Part shown: positions 45,092 to 59,198 of the stretch, one piece after another
Position numbering within the stretch: position 1 is the first letter of the stretch
Layout of the letters: each line of letters begins with the position of its first letter
Source of the DNA: Octopus vulgaris
Taxonomy: Eukaryota
Length of the DNA: 64,000 nt
Reading direction: 5' to 3'
Assembly: GCA_951406725.2 (NCBI GenBank)
Contig: OX597816.1
Location: 33,604,001 to 33,668,000 of the forward strand
Notes under the pieces: generated by a model
The model's database searches: none
Told to the model about the DNA's origin: nothing
What the model saw: the letters and a program-made list of their open reading frames with translations, nothing else
Made by a program: the position numbers and the translations under genes

Positions 45092-45155
<64 letters not shown>

Positions 45156-46249
45156 TACAAAGTGAGATAGGGGTTATATTGGTTAAGCAATATTGGTTAA
45201 GAACAACAGTCAGAATACCAGGAATAGCAAAAACAAGTAAAACGCCCACAACAACAACAACAACCAGGACATCATGAAAAGTAACAAGCTAAAGGACAAC
45301 AACAGTCAGAAAATCATGAACAGCATCAACAACAGGAAGAGCTGCTCCTAAATTCTAGCATAATTGCTGATTTACTGAACGATAGCACCTCTTGACCTCT
45401 CTGTCATTCACCACTCTCACAGTAGCCACCACAATTATCATCATCACCACCGCTGCCACTATCCTCTTCTACCACCTGAAATACTAAAAACGAACCACTG
45501 CTTTCTTCTCCCACATCGCCACCTCAACCGTACTCTATTATGAAAAAAAAAAAATAGTAGCGGAATGTGTGCCCTACGACACTAAGAAGAAACCCACAAA
45601 ATATGCCGTTATTCCCTATATTACACGCTCTGCACACGTACTGACTGCATCTTTACACATCGACTTGACACTAGACGTACACTCCAGACAAACACTACCA
45701 GCCAGGGCCAAATAATGCATCACAATATCATCAGCACCACCAAATAGTAAATTGAATGTTTAAACACGCATAACACGGGATGTCAGAATCTGCCGGTATT
45801 CCCAACGCGAGAAACTGTCTGCTGCGTGACCGTCCCTTTGCTCATCTTCCAGGACACGACGCATTAACAGAATTAAGGCCTTCAAGCCAACACATAAACC
45901 GCAGTAATATCATTGCCTACCGTAGTAATACTGATCCAGTCTTTTCACGAAGACGCAACAACAACAACAAAACACAGCAAAAGCGGAAACCACAATCTTA
46001 TCCAACAGTGCAACCACACTTCCAGTGAAACTGCTCCCTACGCAGGAAAATTCTTTTTCAGCCATGTTAAACCTGAGAAAAGAGATACACAAAACCTTTT
46101 TAGCAACCGCTCAATACCTACCTATGTTCTTTTCCCAGTGCACCAAATCCCCACATTCCTGTCAGTAACACATATTCAGAAAAAAGCCCCCTGCAACAGT
46201 CACAACCTGCCACTAGGCTAGCCTCCACATTTGTATTTAATGCACAATA

Positions 46250-46390
46250 CGAAGGGTTATTTCTCCCTAAGCAATAACTCTGTCATCGGGTGGGCCATGT
46301 CGTTCGGTTCCTGATTTGAATCACTTTGCCAGGTGGTGCTATTAAGTTGGATATGGCCTGTGGCAATATTGGCCGAAACCTATCAAATTA
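46250..46390 (+). mobile_element. 3' tip of LINE family 2
   Basis: GYFSLSNNSVIGWA (cf. [14 protein letters not shown]), then CCAGGTGGTGCTATTAAGTTGGATATGGCCTG..GGCCGAAACCTATCAAA matching the reverse complement of 18810-18875. Confidence 0.8.
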
Positions 46391-46424
46391 GACAAACATA
46401 CACACACACACACACACACATAAA

Positions 46425-46836
46425 TACTCTTTTACTCTTTTACTTGTTTCAGTCAATTGACTGCGGCCATGCTGGAGCACCGACGTTAGTCGAGCAACTC
46501 GACCCCGGGACTTATTCATTGTAAGCCCAGTACTTATTCTATCGGTCTCTTTTGCCGAACCACTAAGCGACGGGGATATAAACACACAAGCATCGGTTGT
46601 CAAGCAATGCTAGGGGGACAAACACAGACACACAGACACACACGCACACTCATATATATATATATATATACATATATACGACGGGCTTCTTTCAGTTTCC
46701 GTCTACTAAATCCACTCACAAGGCTTTGGTCGGCTCGAGGCTATAGTAGAAGACACTTGCCCAAGATGCCACGCAGTGGGACTGAACCCGGAACCATGTG
46801 GTTGGTAAGCAAGCTACTTACCACACAGCAACTCTT

Positions 46837-46840
<4 letters not shown>
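46425..46840 (-). mobile_element. Family B SINE, full length
   Basis: Collinear with 32037-32436. Internal (TA)/(TG) tract and (GAGTAAAA)n tail. Confidence 0.9.
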
Positions 46841-46883
<43 letters not shown>

Positions 46884-47410
46884 CATTTGTGTTTATTTTG
46901 GTATCGAATGCATATGGATTGGATCTATGGAAGGAAAGCGAACATCTTGCATGCCGCTTTTCCAGCATTTCGATGATTCTGCTAACCATCCCACGCACGC
47001 GTGTACAGAGACTTATAGGTTTCCAAACTACTGCAAAGACACTCCTGTAAGAGCTGGATACATATACAAAATTACTACTTTACTCGTATTACTATTAAAT
47101 AATCCAGTATACAATATACTTCACAGAATACAGATACACGCATATATGATGATTTTTTTATAGTTTTACTCTTTTTCTGCTAATGAAAGAAGTTGCTGAA
47201 GATATATATTGTGACAAGTAAGAAAGATTAATAATCCTAATAAGCAGATAAGTTTACACAGTAATTAAAACTTTGCCGAACAGTATTGATTTCCCAGAGT
47301 TGTCTGCTAAGGTGTTGATTACTCACACACGACCATACACATACACACACGCATGCACAAATATATATATATGTGTGTGCGTATGTGTGTGTACATATAT
47401 ATGAATGTAT

Positions 47411-47448
<38 letters not shown>

Positions 47449-47475
47449 TACATATATTAATTGTATATACTTGTA

Positions 47476-47519
<44 letters not shown>

Positions 47520-48229
47520 TGTATATACATACACACACATACACACACACACACATACACACACACACATACACACACACACACATATATATTAATTTTG
47601 TATATATACGTGGGCGCGCATAGGTGTGTGTATTTACACACGTATGTGTGGGTTGTTTGTCACTATTTCTGCTTTTTTTGTTAAATATAAGGAGGGAAAC
47701 CGAAAATGGTGTAGTTCAGAAATATTATTCAATTAACAAATGATATGCGAAGAAGAATATCATGATCGAGAAACGTATTTGGAGGTAGGTGATATCTATT
47801 AAATGATGATTATCGTAATTACTCTCTCTAAAGATCATTAGTTATATTATAAGTCTCTTAATACAATATATGTAGATAAATAGGGTCTGCTACTTATGCA
47901 CAAGTAATATATCAACGTGACGTTACCATTTTACTAAAAACGTGGGAGCCACTTGTTATTCGCTCCGTAGCAGTTAATTACCTCTCTAATTAAACCCTCT
48001 CATATGATGATTTAAAGGATACATTGCGCAATATTTATATATATACAATGTGACAAAACAGGAAATGATGGTCACTAATTGAGCAACGTTTTGCAAACAC
48101 ATATCAGTGTTGTCACTGAGACCTAGACTTTCCCTTGATTAAGAAGTGCATTAAGCCTACAAACATCACTAATATATACTCTATATTTTTAGCGATATTT
48201 ATTTGCATTTTCATAGATTGCACCAACAC

Positions 48230-48313
<84 letters not shown>

Positions 48314-48318
<5 letters not shown>

Positions 48319-49154
48319 AAATAATATTCAATACATACGCACATTTCAAAGGACAATGCAAATAAGAAACAATTTATAATCGTAGTAATTATAATTAAAT
48401 TTATACATAGTCACTTTCAGCAGTGTAAGGAATCTTTGGAAGGACATGAAAAAAGGCTTAATAAAATAAAGTAAAACAAAATACGATAAAATAAGGGAGA
48501 CTACAAATGGGGTAATAGGGGAAAAATTGTATATTTGCAAGCAAGTTTTAAAAGGGGAAAAATAACTAATAATGATAAGAGAGACGAAAGGGAAAAAAAA
48601 GACAGGCATATCAATGTGTATGCATGTGTATATCTGCGCTACACTATAACATAACAGTAAGAATGAAAAGCTAACGGTTATGTTTAAAACGGGATAACAG
48701 GTCGAGACAAAGGATAATAAACAGGGCCACGTGTGTATAGTAGAATATAACGTCATAGGTGGACTAGTAGAAAAAACAGATAGTTATACATATACATATT
48801 AATACTGAAAAACTATTTTATAGTTTACCACACATATAGACGTACATACACATTGATATGTCCGTCTTTTTCCCTTTTCGTCTCTCTTACTATTATTATT
48901 ACCGTTATTTTCCACCTTTTACAACTTGCTTGCAAATATCCGACTTTTTCACTATTACCCCATTTGTATTCTCCCTTATTGTATCTTATTTTACTTTATT
49001 TCATTAAACCTTTTTTGATGTCCTTACAAAAATTTCTCACACTAATGAAAATACAATGCATAAATTTAACTATAATTACTAAAGTTATAAATTTTTTCTT
49101 ACTTATTTGTATTGTCCTTTAAAGCGTGCATATGTATTGAATCTTATTTTGTAT
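48314..49154. repeat. Large inverted duplication (arms about 48314-48650 and 48820-49154)
   Basis: The arms align end to end in reverse complement, e.g. TACAAATGGGGTAATAG, ATATTTGCAAGCAAGTT, TAAGAGAGACGAAA and CATATCAATGTGTATG. Roughly 80% identity by eye. Confidence 0.9.
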
Positions 49155-49372
49155 TAAGTCTAATTTTCATTCAACATCTTCTTCTCCTCTACTTTTCTAC
49201 AACTGTACCTATAACGCTATTTCTTAACTACTATTTTCATGCTCTTATTACTTACTCTGACTGTTTTTTTTTATGAATATGATGAATATTTATTAGAAAT
49301 CATTCTTTCTCTCTTTTTTGGACCTCTCAAAAAGTTTGAATTGTTCTCTTTTAAAATTATTTTTTCACACAC

Positions 49373-49416
<44 letters not shown>

Positions 49417-49442
49417 TTGTGATGGTATTTTAATAGTACCTT

Positions 49443-49497
<55 letters not shown>

Positions 49498-52012
49498 TGA
49501 CAGAAAAATAGAGAGATAGACAGTTGTAGATACAGATGTGTTTGTGTGCGCGGTGCATGTGTGCATACGTATATGAAGAATGTGAAGAATGGCCTATTTC
49601 CAGTTTACTAACGCTTTAGTCATTCAGGCCTATTTCACTGGTTATATGAAGATTTATAATAAACGTTTCTTTGAGCCCTTGTACGTACATCAACACAATA
49701 TAACCCCAATTCTTTTTGTGACATTTCAGAAATATGGAGCAAGTTGGGATTACTCTACCAACGTTCAGCACCGTTAAAATCGCCACATGTTAGACTTAAT
49801 TTCTTTTCTAGACAGCAATATAATCTGAAATTTAAATGGACTTTTAAACGTAGAGTGTAGAAAAATTACGTTTATTTATTACTACAATCACCTGCGTTGA
49901 AATGATCTTTATATAGTGGGAGTTATTCAGGAGATAGTTCCACAAATGGTCGGGCTCTATCCGGTAGTAAACAATTATTTTTAACTTTGTTGTACTACAA
50001 ATCTATCTGTTGAAGAATGATGTGAAACTTATGTAAATGGATTCATGTCATGAACAAAAAACAGAATACCAGTTTCCCTGTATAAAGGAAGTTAAGACAC
50101 CCAGATTCTGGAATGAAAAGTGGTAATATATTAGCAGGTGTAAATCGGTTTTATTGATGTTTTACAAAGCATACATAATTATTCTCGTACTTTTGTAAAT
50201 TGAGTCACTCCTATTTCGTTCTTAGAGAAAAATTGTACTTCGTCTTCCTTATTGTGAGAATCGTCAACTAATTTATTGCTTGCAATAAACATTGCATTAT
50301 TTTCATTTACTGTATTTCTCAAACTTCTTTAAAACTTTACATTCGTTATTAAAGTAGATAATTTTGTTTCTACCTTCTCAATGACTGGCTATGATTGAAA
50401 TTGTATTGCGCAAATCGAAACAGAAAATTCTAATAATACTTCTTATTTTTTACATTTTTACGAGAGGATTCAAAAAGAAAATAACAACTTTTTTTAGCAA
50501 TGGTGTACACATGACGTGGGAATATTTAGCACCTAATCCCCCCCTTATAACCCCAAAGACCAGACCATAAGAAAAAGAAAATCTATTATCTTGACTTTAA
50601 CAAGAAAATTATATAGAAAAAATATTTTAAAATTTACAGGGACGTGCTTAATCCATAATTTCAACTCAGAATTTAACTGATATTTCCTTTAAGGAAGTGA
50701 GCATGCGCGCGTATGTCCGTCTGTATGTGTGTGTGTGAGTGTGTGTGTGTGTGATTTAGTTATTAGTATTTGGTGTTATTTGAATATAGAAAGTACTTTT
50801 AATACATAAAACATAAGACTATGAAGATATAAGATGATAGACAGAAAATCAATAATTATGTCTGGATTTTATATACAGGAAATATTCCCATGAAGTTATC
50901 TATCTATCTATCTACTTGAATATATATATAAATATATATATATAAATATATAAATATATATAAATATAAAATATAAATTGTTAAACATAGGTGTTAAATT
51001 TTAATTGGTCTTCTGATATTGCTTTTAACACATTAGTGAATAAATAATATTGATTTTGTATTGATCGTTTTCATTAAGCATGAGGTCAGATAAATGGCTA
51101 ATGTTGTCATCCTATTAAAGTCAAGACCAGTATATTGCATTCTATGAAGCTTTTTTTGGTCTTGTGTTGAAATTCTTGAAAATATCTTCTGACACAGGAA
51201 AGATGTAGAACTGGTAGTTATGAAATTTTATAATTCGTCTAAATCAATCTTAGATTAATCCGTTCAAACATTTTTTTTTTATTTATTTGTTATTGGAAAT
51301 CATGTTCATGAAAAAATTATTGAAAGAGCCGTTGGAAACAATATTGAAATGCGATGTATAAATTTGCACGATCATGTGAGTATTTTTACACTTTGTTTAC
51401 TATAATGTGTTGATATGTAAAAGTAGAAAAAATAGATAATGAATAAACTGGAAAGTTACAGAGAAAACAACAAAACATGCATGTGCTAAGAATCAAACAA
51501 TTTCAATATAATTAGTATAGTAATTAGTATTGTTTGCAGTAAATTGAGAATAAGAATTATGGGTGTGAGAAACAAAGTAGGTATGTTTGAGAGTTTATAA
51601 AGAATATGTATATGTGTATAAATGTTGGTCTGCATATATTGAATACTAAATGTTTAAATGTAATTTTCTGAATGACGTTGTTGTGAGAATGCAATGAACT
51701 CTGTGTATGCATGTTTATGTTGTTTGCGTATACATGTTTATACGAAAATATACATGCCGCTCAGGTATGCATTTTTTTTTAAGTAACTATTGTAGCTAGC
51801 GTTTCATCACCAAACTGAATCATGTCGTTGTTGTTAACTCATTGTCAACTCACTAGCGAAAATTTTTTGTCTACCGTATCTGTCAAAGAAGTTGAATAAA
51901 GCCTTATTTCCAATACGGCAATTCTGTTTTACTTACAAACGCACGACAATTCTGAACTTATCTGTTCTCTAGTCTGGTACTTACATTTCAATTTATTCAA
52001 CTTCTTTTAAAC

Positions 52013-53245
52013 ATGGATCGATTTCTACGTCCCAAACAATTTGACGCAGATTCTAATTCGACAAATGCAGCCAAACAATGGAATCACTGGCACAGGACCT
52101 TCATCAACTTTATTAATACTTTAAAATAGAATCAATCAGATAAACCGAATAGACTTATCAACTATATTGCTCCATCTGTGTACTAATATGTAGCTGATTC
52201 CTCTTCATATGACGCTGCCATACAAATATTACAGAATCTCTACGTGAAGCCCAGGAATGAAATTTCTTCAAGAAATTTACTAGCTACACATAAACAAGAA
52301 TGCGGTCAAAGTCTCGATGAATTTTGCAAAAATTCAAATCATTAGTCAATGATTGTAATTTTCAATTAGTTTCCGTTAATAAATATAGAGACGAATCTAT
52401 CCGAGACGCTTTCATCATCGGATTGCAATCTAATGATATTCGACAAAGGCTTCTCGAAAAGAAAATACTTGATCTTCAAACAGCTTATGATGAAGCCAGA
52501 TCACTTGAAATGGCCTGTACTTACTCAAAATCGTACCATTTATTACCTTAATCAGCCTAAAATTGTGCAGCAACAGATAATCTAACCACGGATGTGGGCG
52601 AAACAAATACTGTTAACTATTGTTGACGAATACTCACATTTCCCGTTTGCATTTGCCTGTACTGATACTTCTACCTTTACTGTCCTTTGTTGATTCACTC
52701 AGTTGTTTCCTGCTTTTGGAATGCCATCATACGTCCAAATTGATAGAGGACCTGCATTTATGTCAGAGGAATTGAGATCTTTCCAACTACAGAAATGAGT
52801 AGCAACAAGTCGCACAACTCCATAGAATCTTCGTTGCAACGGTCAGGTGGAGAAATTGAATGATGCGCTCTGGAAAGCCATTACTCTATCCTTCCGATCC
52901 CGTACTTTGCCAAACAATCATTGGGAGCAAGTACTTACAGACTCTGTGCACTCTCTCAGATCGTTACTCTGCACAGATACAAATGAAACTCCACATGAAC
53001 GACTATTTTCCTGCAACCTTACAATGGAAACAATACTGCCCAACTGGCTTCTGACTCCTGGACCTGTGTACTTGAAAAGGAATGTCAGATAATCCAAGTA
53101 CGACACCCTGGTTGATGAAGTAGAACTCTTAGACTGTAACCCTCAATATGCACATGCACGTTTATCTGGTGGAAGGGAAACAAGTTTGTCACTTAGACAG
53201 CTGGCTCCAATCCCCGAGACTTTGATCGATCAACAAAACCATTAA
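52013..53245 (+). mobile_element. Internally deleted, decayed Ty3/Gypsy retrotransposon (gag joined to integrase)
   Basis: Gag-like MDRFLRPKQFDADSNSTNAAKQWNHWHRTF..SIRDAFIIGLQSNDIRQRLLE..ARSLEMA, then from about 52600 the integrase core LTIVDEYSHFPFAF..QIDRGPAFMSEE..NGQVEKLN..TNETPHERLF. Several stops and frameshifts. No protease, RT or RNase H. Confidence 0.88.
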
Positions 53246-56034
53246 AAGCTTGTGCAAACTGACGAAATGCCTAACATACGTACTTTCAAACTACGAAATC
53301 ACCTGAAAGTAATGATATAAACATTGAACATAGTCACCAATACACCCAAGAGACTGATAATATCAATCAATGTGTTGGGCAGCATATTGGATAGTTTAAC
53401 CTTAATGTCCTTTTAGATTAAATTTGCTACATATTTTCTCCTGAGCCACAATCTAAATGAATTTTTTTATCAGTGTTGACTACAGCAACTTAATGTTCAC
53501 AAAACTTTTGTGCCTACTAAAAGCAAATTGTATGATATATGCAACACCTCTAAATGAACACCTTATGCTTTGCAACTGGACTTACGCAGACCATTCGAAA
53601 ATGTTGATCTCAAAACTAACCATCTCTTTCTCTTTATCTTTCGAACTGACTTTCAACTCTGAACCTCGGGTTTCATGTACATGAACCTTGGAAGCTCTGT
53701 CATATTTTGTTTCTTTAGACGGCACATGTTACCCCATTATTGCGCATCAAACACTGAATAAGACGTTAAAAAATGTACAAACATATAATTTTATTCTAGA
53801 GAACAAATACACGCCAGACACATAAAGTCACTCTAAAACGACCACCGAATGAAATCAATATTTTATCGATGATCATGCTTGGTGCGCTTTCAGATGATTA
53901 TCCTGGAAACAGATTGAGCATTTGAACTCAAGTGTTCGAAAATAAATTAATTAGTTTTATCAGCAAAGCTACGAAATCAGATTGGAAAATATAACAAAAA
54001 TATATAAAATTAAAATTAAATATAATATAAAAGAAAGAAAGAAAGAACGAAAGAAAGAAAAGGTGACCTGTACAATATGGAAATTTTGTTCATAGAATTA
54101 TGAAAAAAAATTAAATAATTATAATGTTTAAACGGAATATTGGTTTAATCAGATGTGAAAATAATCCTCTTGTGTAGAAGTATTATTTCAATTATTGCAA
54201 GATAAAAGTGAGTAGAATCACTTAACATCAGAGATTTTAGTTAAAAAATAATAACTGTTCGAATTTAAATATCTGTCATTTTTGTCATTTTCTAGCAGAA
54301 ATTTTAATTTACAACTTCTAAATGAAGGTGTAAATTTCAAATGTAACTTAATATTCACTCGCTTGTTTGCCTGTGTTGGTGTCTGAGCATAAGCGTGTTT
54401 CGTGTATATACATGGCTAGCCTATATAATTCTCAAGTCCAGTTCAATTCATAATGTACATTTCTACCAGACAGTGACTGCTCTATGCTTTTGAATGCCCT
54501 CTTCAAACCATTATTTTATATTTAATTTAATTTTCTTTCTAAATAACTTTCACAAATTCCTTTCTCTTTACTGTGATTTCCCCACCATGCCTAATTCGTC
54601 CATATTCATAATATAAAATGTTTACAAAATATAATTTTATAACCACTGCAGAGAACATGTAATATCACAAACACACACACACACACACACAACACAAATA
54701 CCCACACATACACACACTGCTAAATGAAACGGATGAGAAACCACCATTAGACCAAAGATTTCATTACATGTAGTTTGAAAAAATATGCTAATTATGCAAC
54801 CATACTTCATAGCATCTCTTGTTAATTTAACAGAATAATTTTAAGAAAATAAACTCGATTAAATCTTAGCAACAGTTGAAACCTAGATACCAATATCGCT
54901 GTTTCTGATTCCCACCACAGCAGTTATCATTAAGGAAAGCTATTTACAATTGATCAAACTTTTCTGAAACTTTAATGAAATCCACACTATTCTTAAACTA
55001 ATTTTACAGAGACAGGTAATAGAATTTTGTAAAAAAAAAAAGCAAATAAAAAGAAGAAAATATGCCTAAATCATCATCAGTATTATTCAGCTTCTCCTAA
55101 TCAAAATGAAGCGATATTTCCCATTTCATTATTTAGTTGTTGTTTTTTTCTTTGTTTTGCTTTCAATTTAATTTCATTTTATTGCAATTTAATCTCAAAT
55201 GAATAGAAAGTGCTATTCAATTTGCCATTATTTGACAAATGAACACATTTTATACAGCATATGACATGGCAGGCATTGACTTTACCTCTGAGATATGTCC
55301 TTAGAGGGAGGTATGTTTTCATACAGAAATGTCATTTCGGAAATGAAAATTATGTTTAGATGCAACATCTGAAGCGAATGACATGGCAATGTTGCTTCTC
55401 TTTCAAATCAACATTTTACATCATTATCTTTTTTGTTGCTTTTCTTGCTTTTAATTTCTTCCTTTAGACACACCCAAAATGTCCAGTCATAAGATTTCGA
55501 AAGAAATTTCACAAATTTCTTCACTCAAAACTGACACTGACACAAAAATACTCATATACATACGTACGGGTGTGTCTGTGCGTGTCTCTGTGTGTGTCTA
55601 TTTTGATATATCTTATGCGAAGGAAGAGTTTTAAAATGTCCGCTTTACATGTACCATTTACGTTTCAAGTTGACAAAGCGCATAATGAAGTCATGTTATA
55701 GTTTCAGTAAACTATAAACTATGAAACTAAGCACTTATGCTAAGAAAAGTGACATCTAAGTATAAACAACGTTTGTAAGTGAGGGATGGACGCGATTGGA
55801 GTGGCATTATTGCAAAAATGTACTCGTTCAATCACACATTACACATGTTATTTCTGATAAGAAGCCGTAAACGAACGAACGTATCTGTCTCATGTCATTG
55901 TCATTTACTCATTTTACTTCTAGTAATGTCTACGTTGCCGTCATCATCGTCGTCGTCGTCGTCATCACTACCACCATCACGGAATACAAAATAGTTAATA
56001 ATAATAAAAATCCTTTCTATCATAGGTAAAAGAC

Positions 56035-56217
56035 CTGAAATTTGCAGGAAGCGCCTATCTAGTTCATTACGTGGCCTCCTGTACTCAGCTGCTAGCTATT
56101 TTTATCAGCCCAGAAAGAATGAAAAGCACCTGTAGGAGTCGAACTCAAAAATGAAGACGGACGAAATACCGCAAGGCATTTTGCGAGGTTTGCTAACGAT
56201 TGTTCCTGCTACTGCCG
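56035..56217 (-). mobile_element. Family C SINE (decayed)
   Basis: GAACTCAAAA..GACGAAATACCGC.AGGCATTTT..GCTAACGATT matches family C. Confidence 0.65.
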
Positions 56218-56220
56218 TAA

Positions 56221-56256
<36 letters not shown>

Positions 56257-56271
56257 AACTACTACTACTAC

Positions 56272-56313
<42 letters not shown>

Positions 56314-56314
<1 letters not shown>

Positions 56315-56526
56315 TACGCAAAATACTTTCTTTGTAATCTCAAGTTTTAGAACAAACATAATTTTCGTATGGTTTTTTAGGCATTCACTAGTACAACACT
56401 AAGTACAAAAGCAAATATATGGCATCCTAGGCATACCACCAACATGAACTTCCAACTTGTTGCCTCTTGAGGTCTCTGGGTGAGACTTGGAGCCAGCTTG
56501 TGCAAATGTAAAGCAAAAGTCAAACA
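56314..56526 (+). mobile_element. Probable 3' end of an R4/Dong-type LINE inserted in (TAA)n
   Basis: Starts with CTA CGC AAA ATA CTT TCT TTG TAA (LRKILSL*, like the GTA.ILRK.L* terminus of R4/Dong ORFs), followed by about 190 nt of UTR. (TAA)n on both sides. Confidence 0.5.
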
Positions 56527-56574
56527 TAATAATAATAATAATAATAATAATGATAATAATCTTTACTGCTGGAA

Positions 56575-56731
56575 TTTGTGGGGAGTGTCATAGTCGATCA
56601 CATGGACCCCAGTACTTGACTGGTTCTTCATTTATCAACCTCGAAAGGATGAAAGGCAAAGTCAACCTCGGCTGAATTTGAACCGCTAAGCCTTTCACCC
56701 GCCGTGCTAACGACTCTGCGAGCTCACCGCC
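56575..56731 (-). mobile_element. Family C SINE with internal deletion
   Basis: GAAAGGATGAAAGGCAAAGTCAACCTCGGC.GAATTTGAAC..GTGCTAACGACTCTGC.AGCTCACCGCC. Confidence 0.7.
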
Positions 56732-56734
56732 TCG

Positions 56735-56950
<216 letters not shown>

Positions 56951-57235
56951 AATCGTTGGAACTAATGTGTAAGAGGCTGTTTGTAGATTTGATATATATG
57001 ATGGGATAAATCAGTCCTGATACAACTAGTTCTTGTTCACTTAATAGTATCTCTAGATCATCTAGATAGTCGTTACAACATGGGTTTCCGCTACAGGGAA
57101 CATATTTTGACTAACAATATGAAGTTATACATAGTAGCGAGTAATTTAAAAACGGTATAAAATTTGCTAATTACAGTTTTGTTATACTTGCAATAATATT
57201 TATGTGTAATCTTAACACGCATCATGTAAATTCGT

Positions 57236-57625
57236 TTATTCATTTACTTGTTTCAGTCATTTGATTGCGGCTATGCTGGAGCACCGCCTTTAGTCGAACA
57301 AATCTCTCCCAGGACTTATTCTTTATAAGACGTGTACTTATTCTGTAGGTTTCTTTGGCCGAACCCCTAATTTAAGGGGACGTAAACAACCATCATCGGT
57401 TGTCCAGCGATAGTGGGGGTACAAGCACAGATATACAAGTATATATATATATATATATATATATGACGGTCGTCTTTCAGTTTCCGTCCACTAACACTAC
57501 TCTCAAGGCCTTGGTCGACCCGAGGCTATCGTAGAAACATAGTTCCAGGTCCAAATCCACTGCGTTGAACCTGGAACCATGTGGTTAGGAAGGAAGCTTC
57601 TTACCACCCAGTCATGCTACGCCTA
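57236..57625 (-). mobile_element. Family B SINE (older copy)
   Basis: TACTTGTTTCAGTCATTTGATTGCGGCTATGCTGGAGCACCGCC..GGAACCATGTGGTTAGG is collinear with 46425-46840. Confidence 0.85.
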
Positions 57626-58384
57626 TACTATTTTTTTCAAATTTTGATCAGAGTACGTCTAGGAAGCAATCTGATTTCTTTTTGAAATATATTTCATGCA
57701 AATATTTATAAAGGCCATTTTCTTGTGAGACCATAAATAAACCTTAGATTCCAGGAAGGCTAATAGTTTTGTGCATATAGATCATAGTATTTACCGTTAA
57801 AAGAAATATGGGATGTATTTTAAGCTATAATTGAGAATATTCACATATAAGATTTGCTATGTAATCTATAATTAAATTTAAAGTCTTTTTATCAAAGCAT
57901 TGCATCAAGATATTTGGAGGTTTCGATGAGGCTGTGCTAAAAACACTACTCAAAATCTCCCCGAGATTTTCCCTTATCTGTAAATAACCATCCAAGTATA
58001 GACCCAGGACCTGATATTTAGTGGGAGGGGGCTGGTGGTATTCGTAGACACCGTTACTTTTCAAAGTATGAAAATGAACTCCGAAAGCAAAAGCGGAAAA
58101 AATGCTGCTAATCATTTTGTCTGACGAGCTAAACATTCTCCCATCTCACAAACTTCCACTTACGTGTAAATATAACATATTCAATAAATGTTACATTCGC
58201 TACATATAGGATATTGATCATTGGAATAATTTATGTAATAAGCTTATTGTATCAGGTTTGAAATGGGACTAAACAACAACGGTAAAAATAACCAGTTACA
58301 GAAATACTATTCATTGACTATTTTGTGTTTCACTGTCAACAATTATGTCGGCTGGTAGTAGTAAAAGACAAAACCAATACACTG

Positions 58385-58600
58385 GTTTGAAATTTGGACG
58401 CAAGAGCAGCATATCATATTCTGGGATGTGGGTAAGTCGATGATATAGAACCCAGTGGTCAGCTAATGTTTATATTATCGACCCGAAAGGATGAATGGCA
58501 AAGTCGACCTAGGTGGTATTTGAACATACAATGTGGAGACGGAAAAAATGCCACTAAGTCTTTTGTCCGGTGCGGTTACTATTATGCCAGTTCGCTACCG
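58385..58600 (-). mobile_element. Family C SINE (decayed)
   Basis: ATCGACCCGAAAGGATGAATGGCAAAGTCGACCT..TTTGAAC..TGCCAGTTCGC. Confidence 0.7.
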
Positions 58601-58750
58601 TAGAAAATCTAATATATACCAAGGGGATTTTTACACAGGGAGAGTAGAAATTATGGAATAAGTCTTAGGTCAATAGTGGTCAATCGATGTAAAGAGATTT
58701 TTTGATCTCTAAATTTTGCACGATAAAACTAAACTTAGTATAATTTGAGC

Positions 58751-58823
<73 letters not shown>

Positions 58824-58979
58824 TACAGAGGAGATGAGAGATATGTGGGAAAGCAAACGCTAAAATATTGTTAGTTTCACTTTGTAGGATCGAGATGAAA
58901 TTTGAATTTTTTTTAAATCAATCAACTGTTTTGCGGTTAACTGTGTAGAAAATCTCATTGGTTTATCTTTGAGAAGCCC

Positions 58980-59198
58980 TTGCGTTTTCTTTGTAATACA
59001 GGAAATGTCCCCAATGAGTCTATGAATGCTAATCGTTGTAGCGGCAGAACCACCGGTTTTGTCTTGATGTCTAAATTCAGAACTGCCAGCACGCTGAACA
59101 ATATGATATATATGCAGTGCTTGGAGAACACTATGGTCAAGCATTTTTCCGTTTCGACCTTGTCACGCCGCATTCACGCAACAGCAGGAAGTGGTTAA
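58980..59198 (+). pseudogene. Possible Tc1-type transposase N-terminal remnant
   Basis: RFLCNTGNV..RCSGRTT..FVLMSKFRTASTL..FSVSTLSRRIHA loosely matches RF.ETG.V..RSGRPRKTT..VS.STV.RRLH. Weak, and no catalytic domain seen. Confidence 0.35.

Noticed and set aside
45910-46092. Strong-looking minus-strand acceptor (TTTTCTCAG) followed by ATGGCTGAAAAAG
   Set aside because: The frame closes after about 50 codons with no recognisable domain or clear donor.
51791-51948. Possible 5' LTR of the Gypsy element (TG..AATAAA..CA)
   Set aside because: No second copy, primer-binding site or TSD could be identified.
57825-58136. 103-aa minus-strand ORF vaguely like a hAT transposase segment
   Set aside because: Similarity rests on a few residues and cannot be supported without a profile search.
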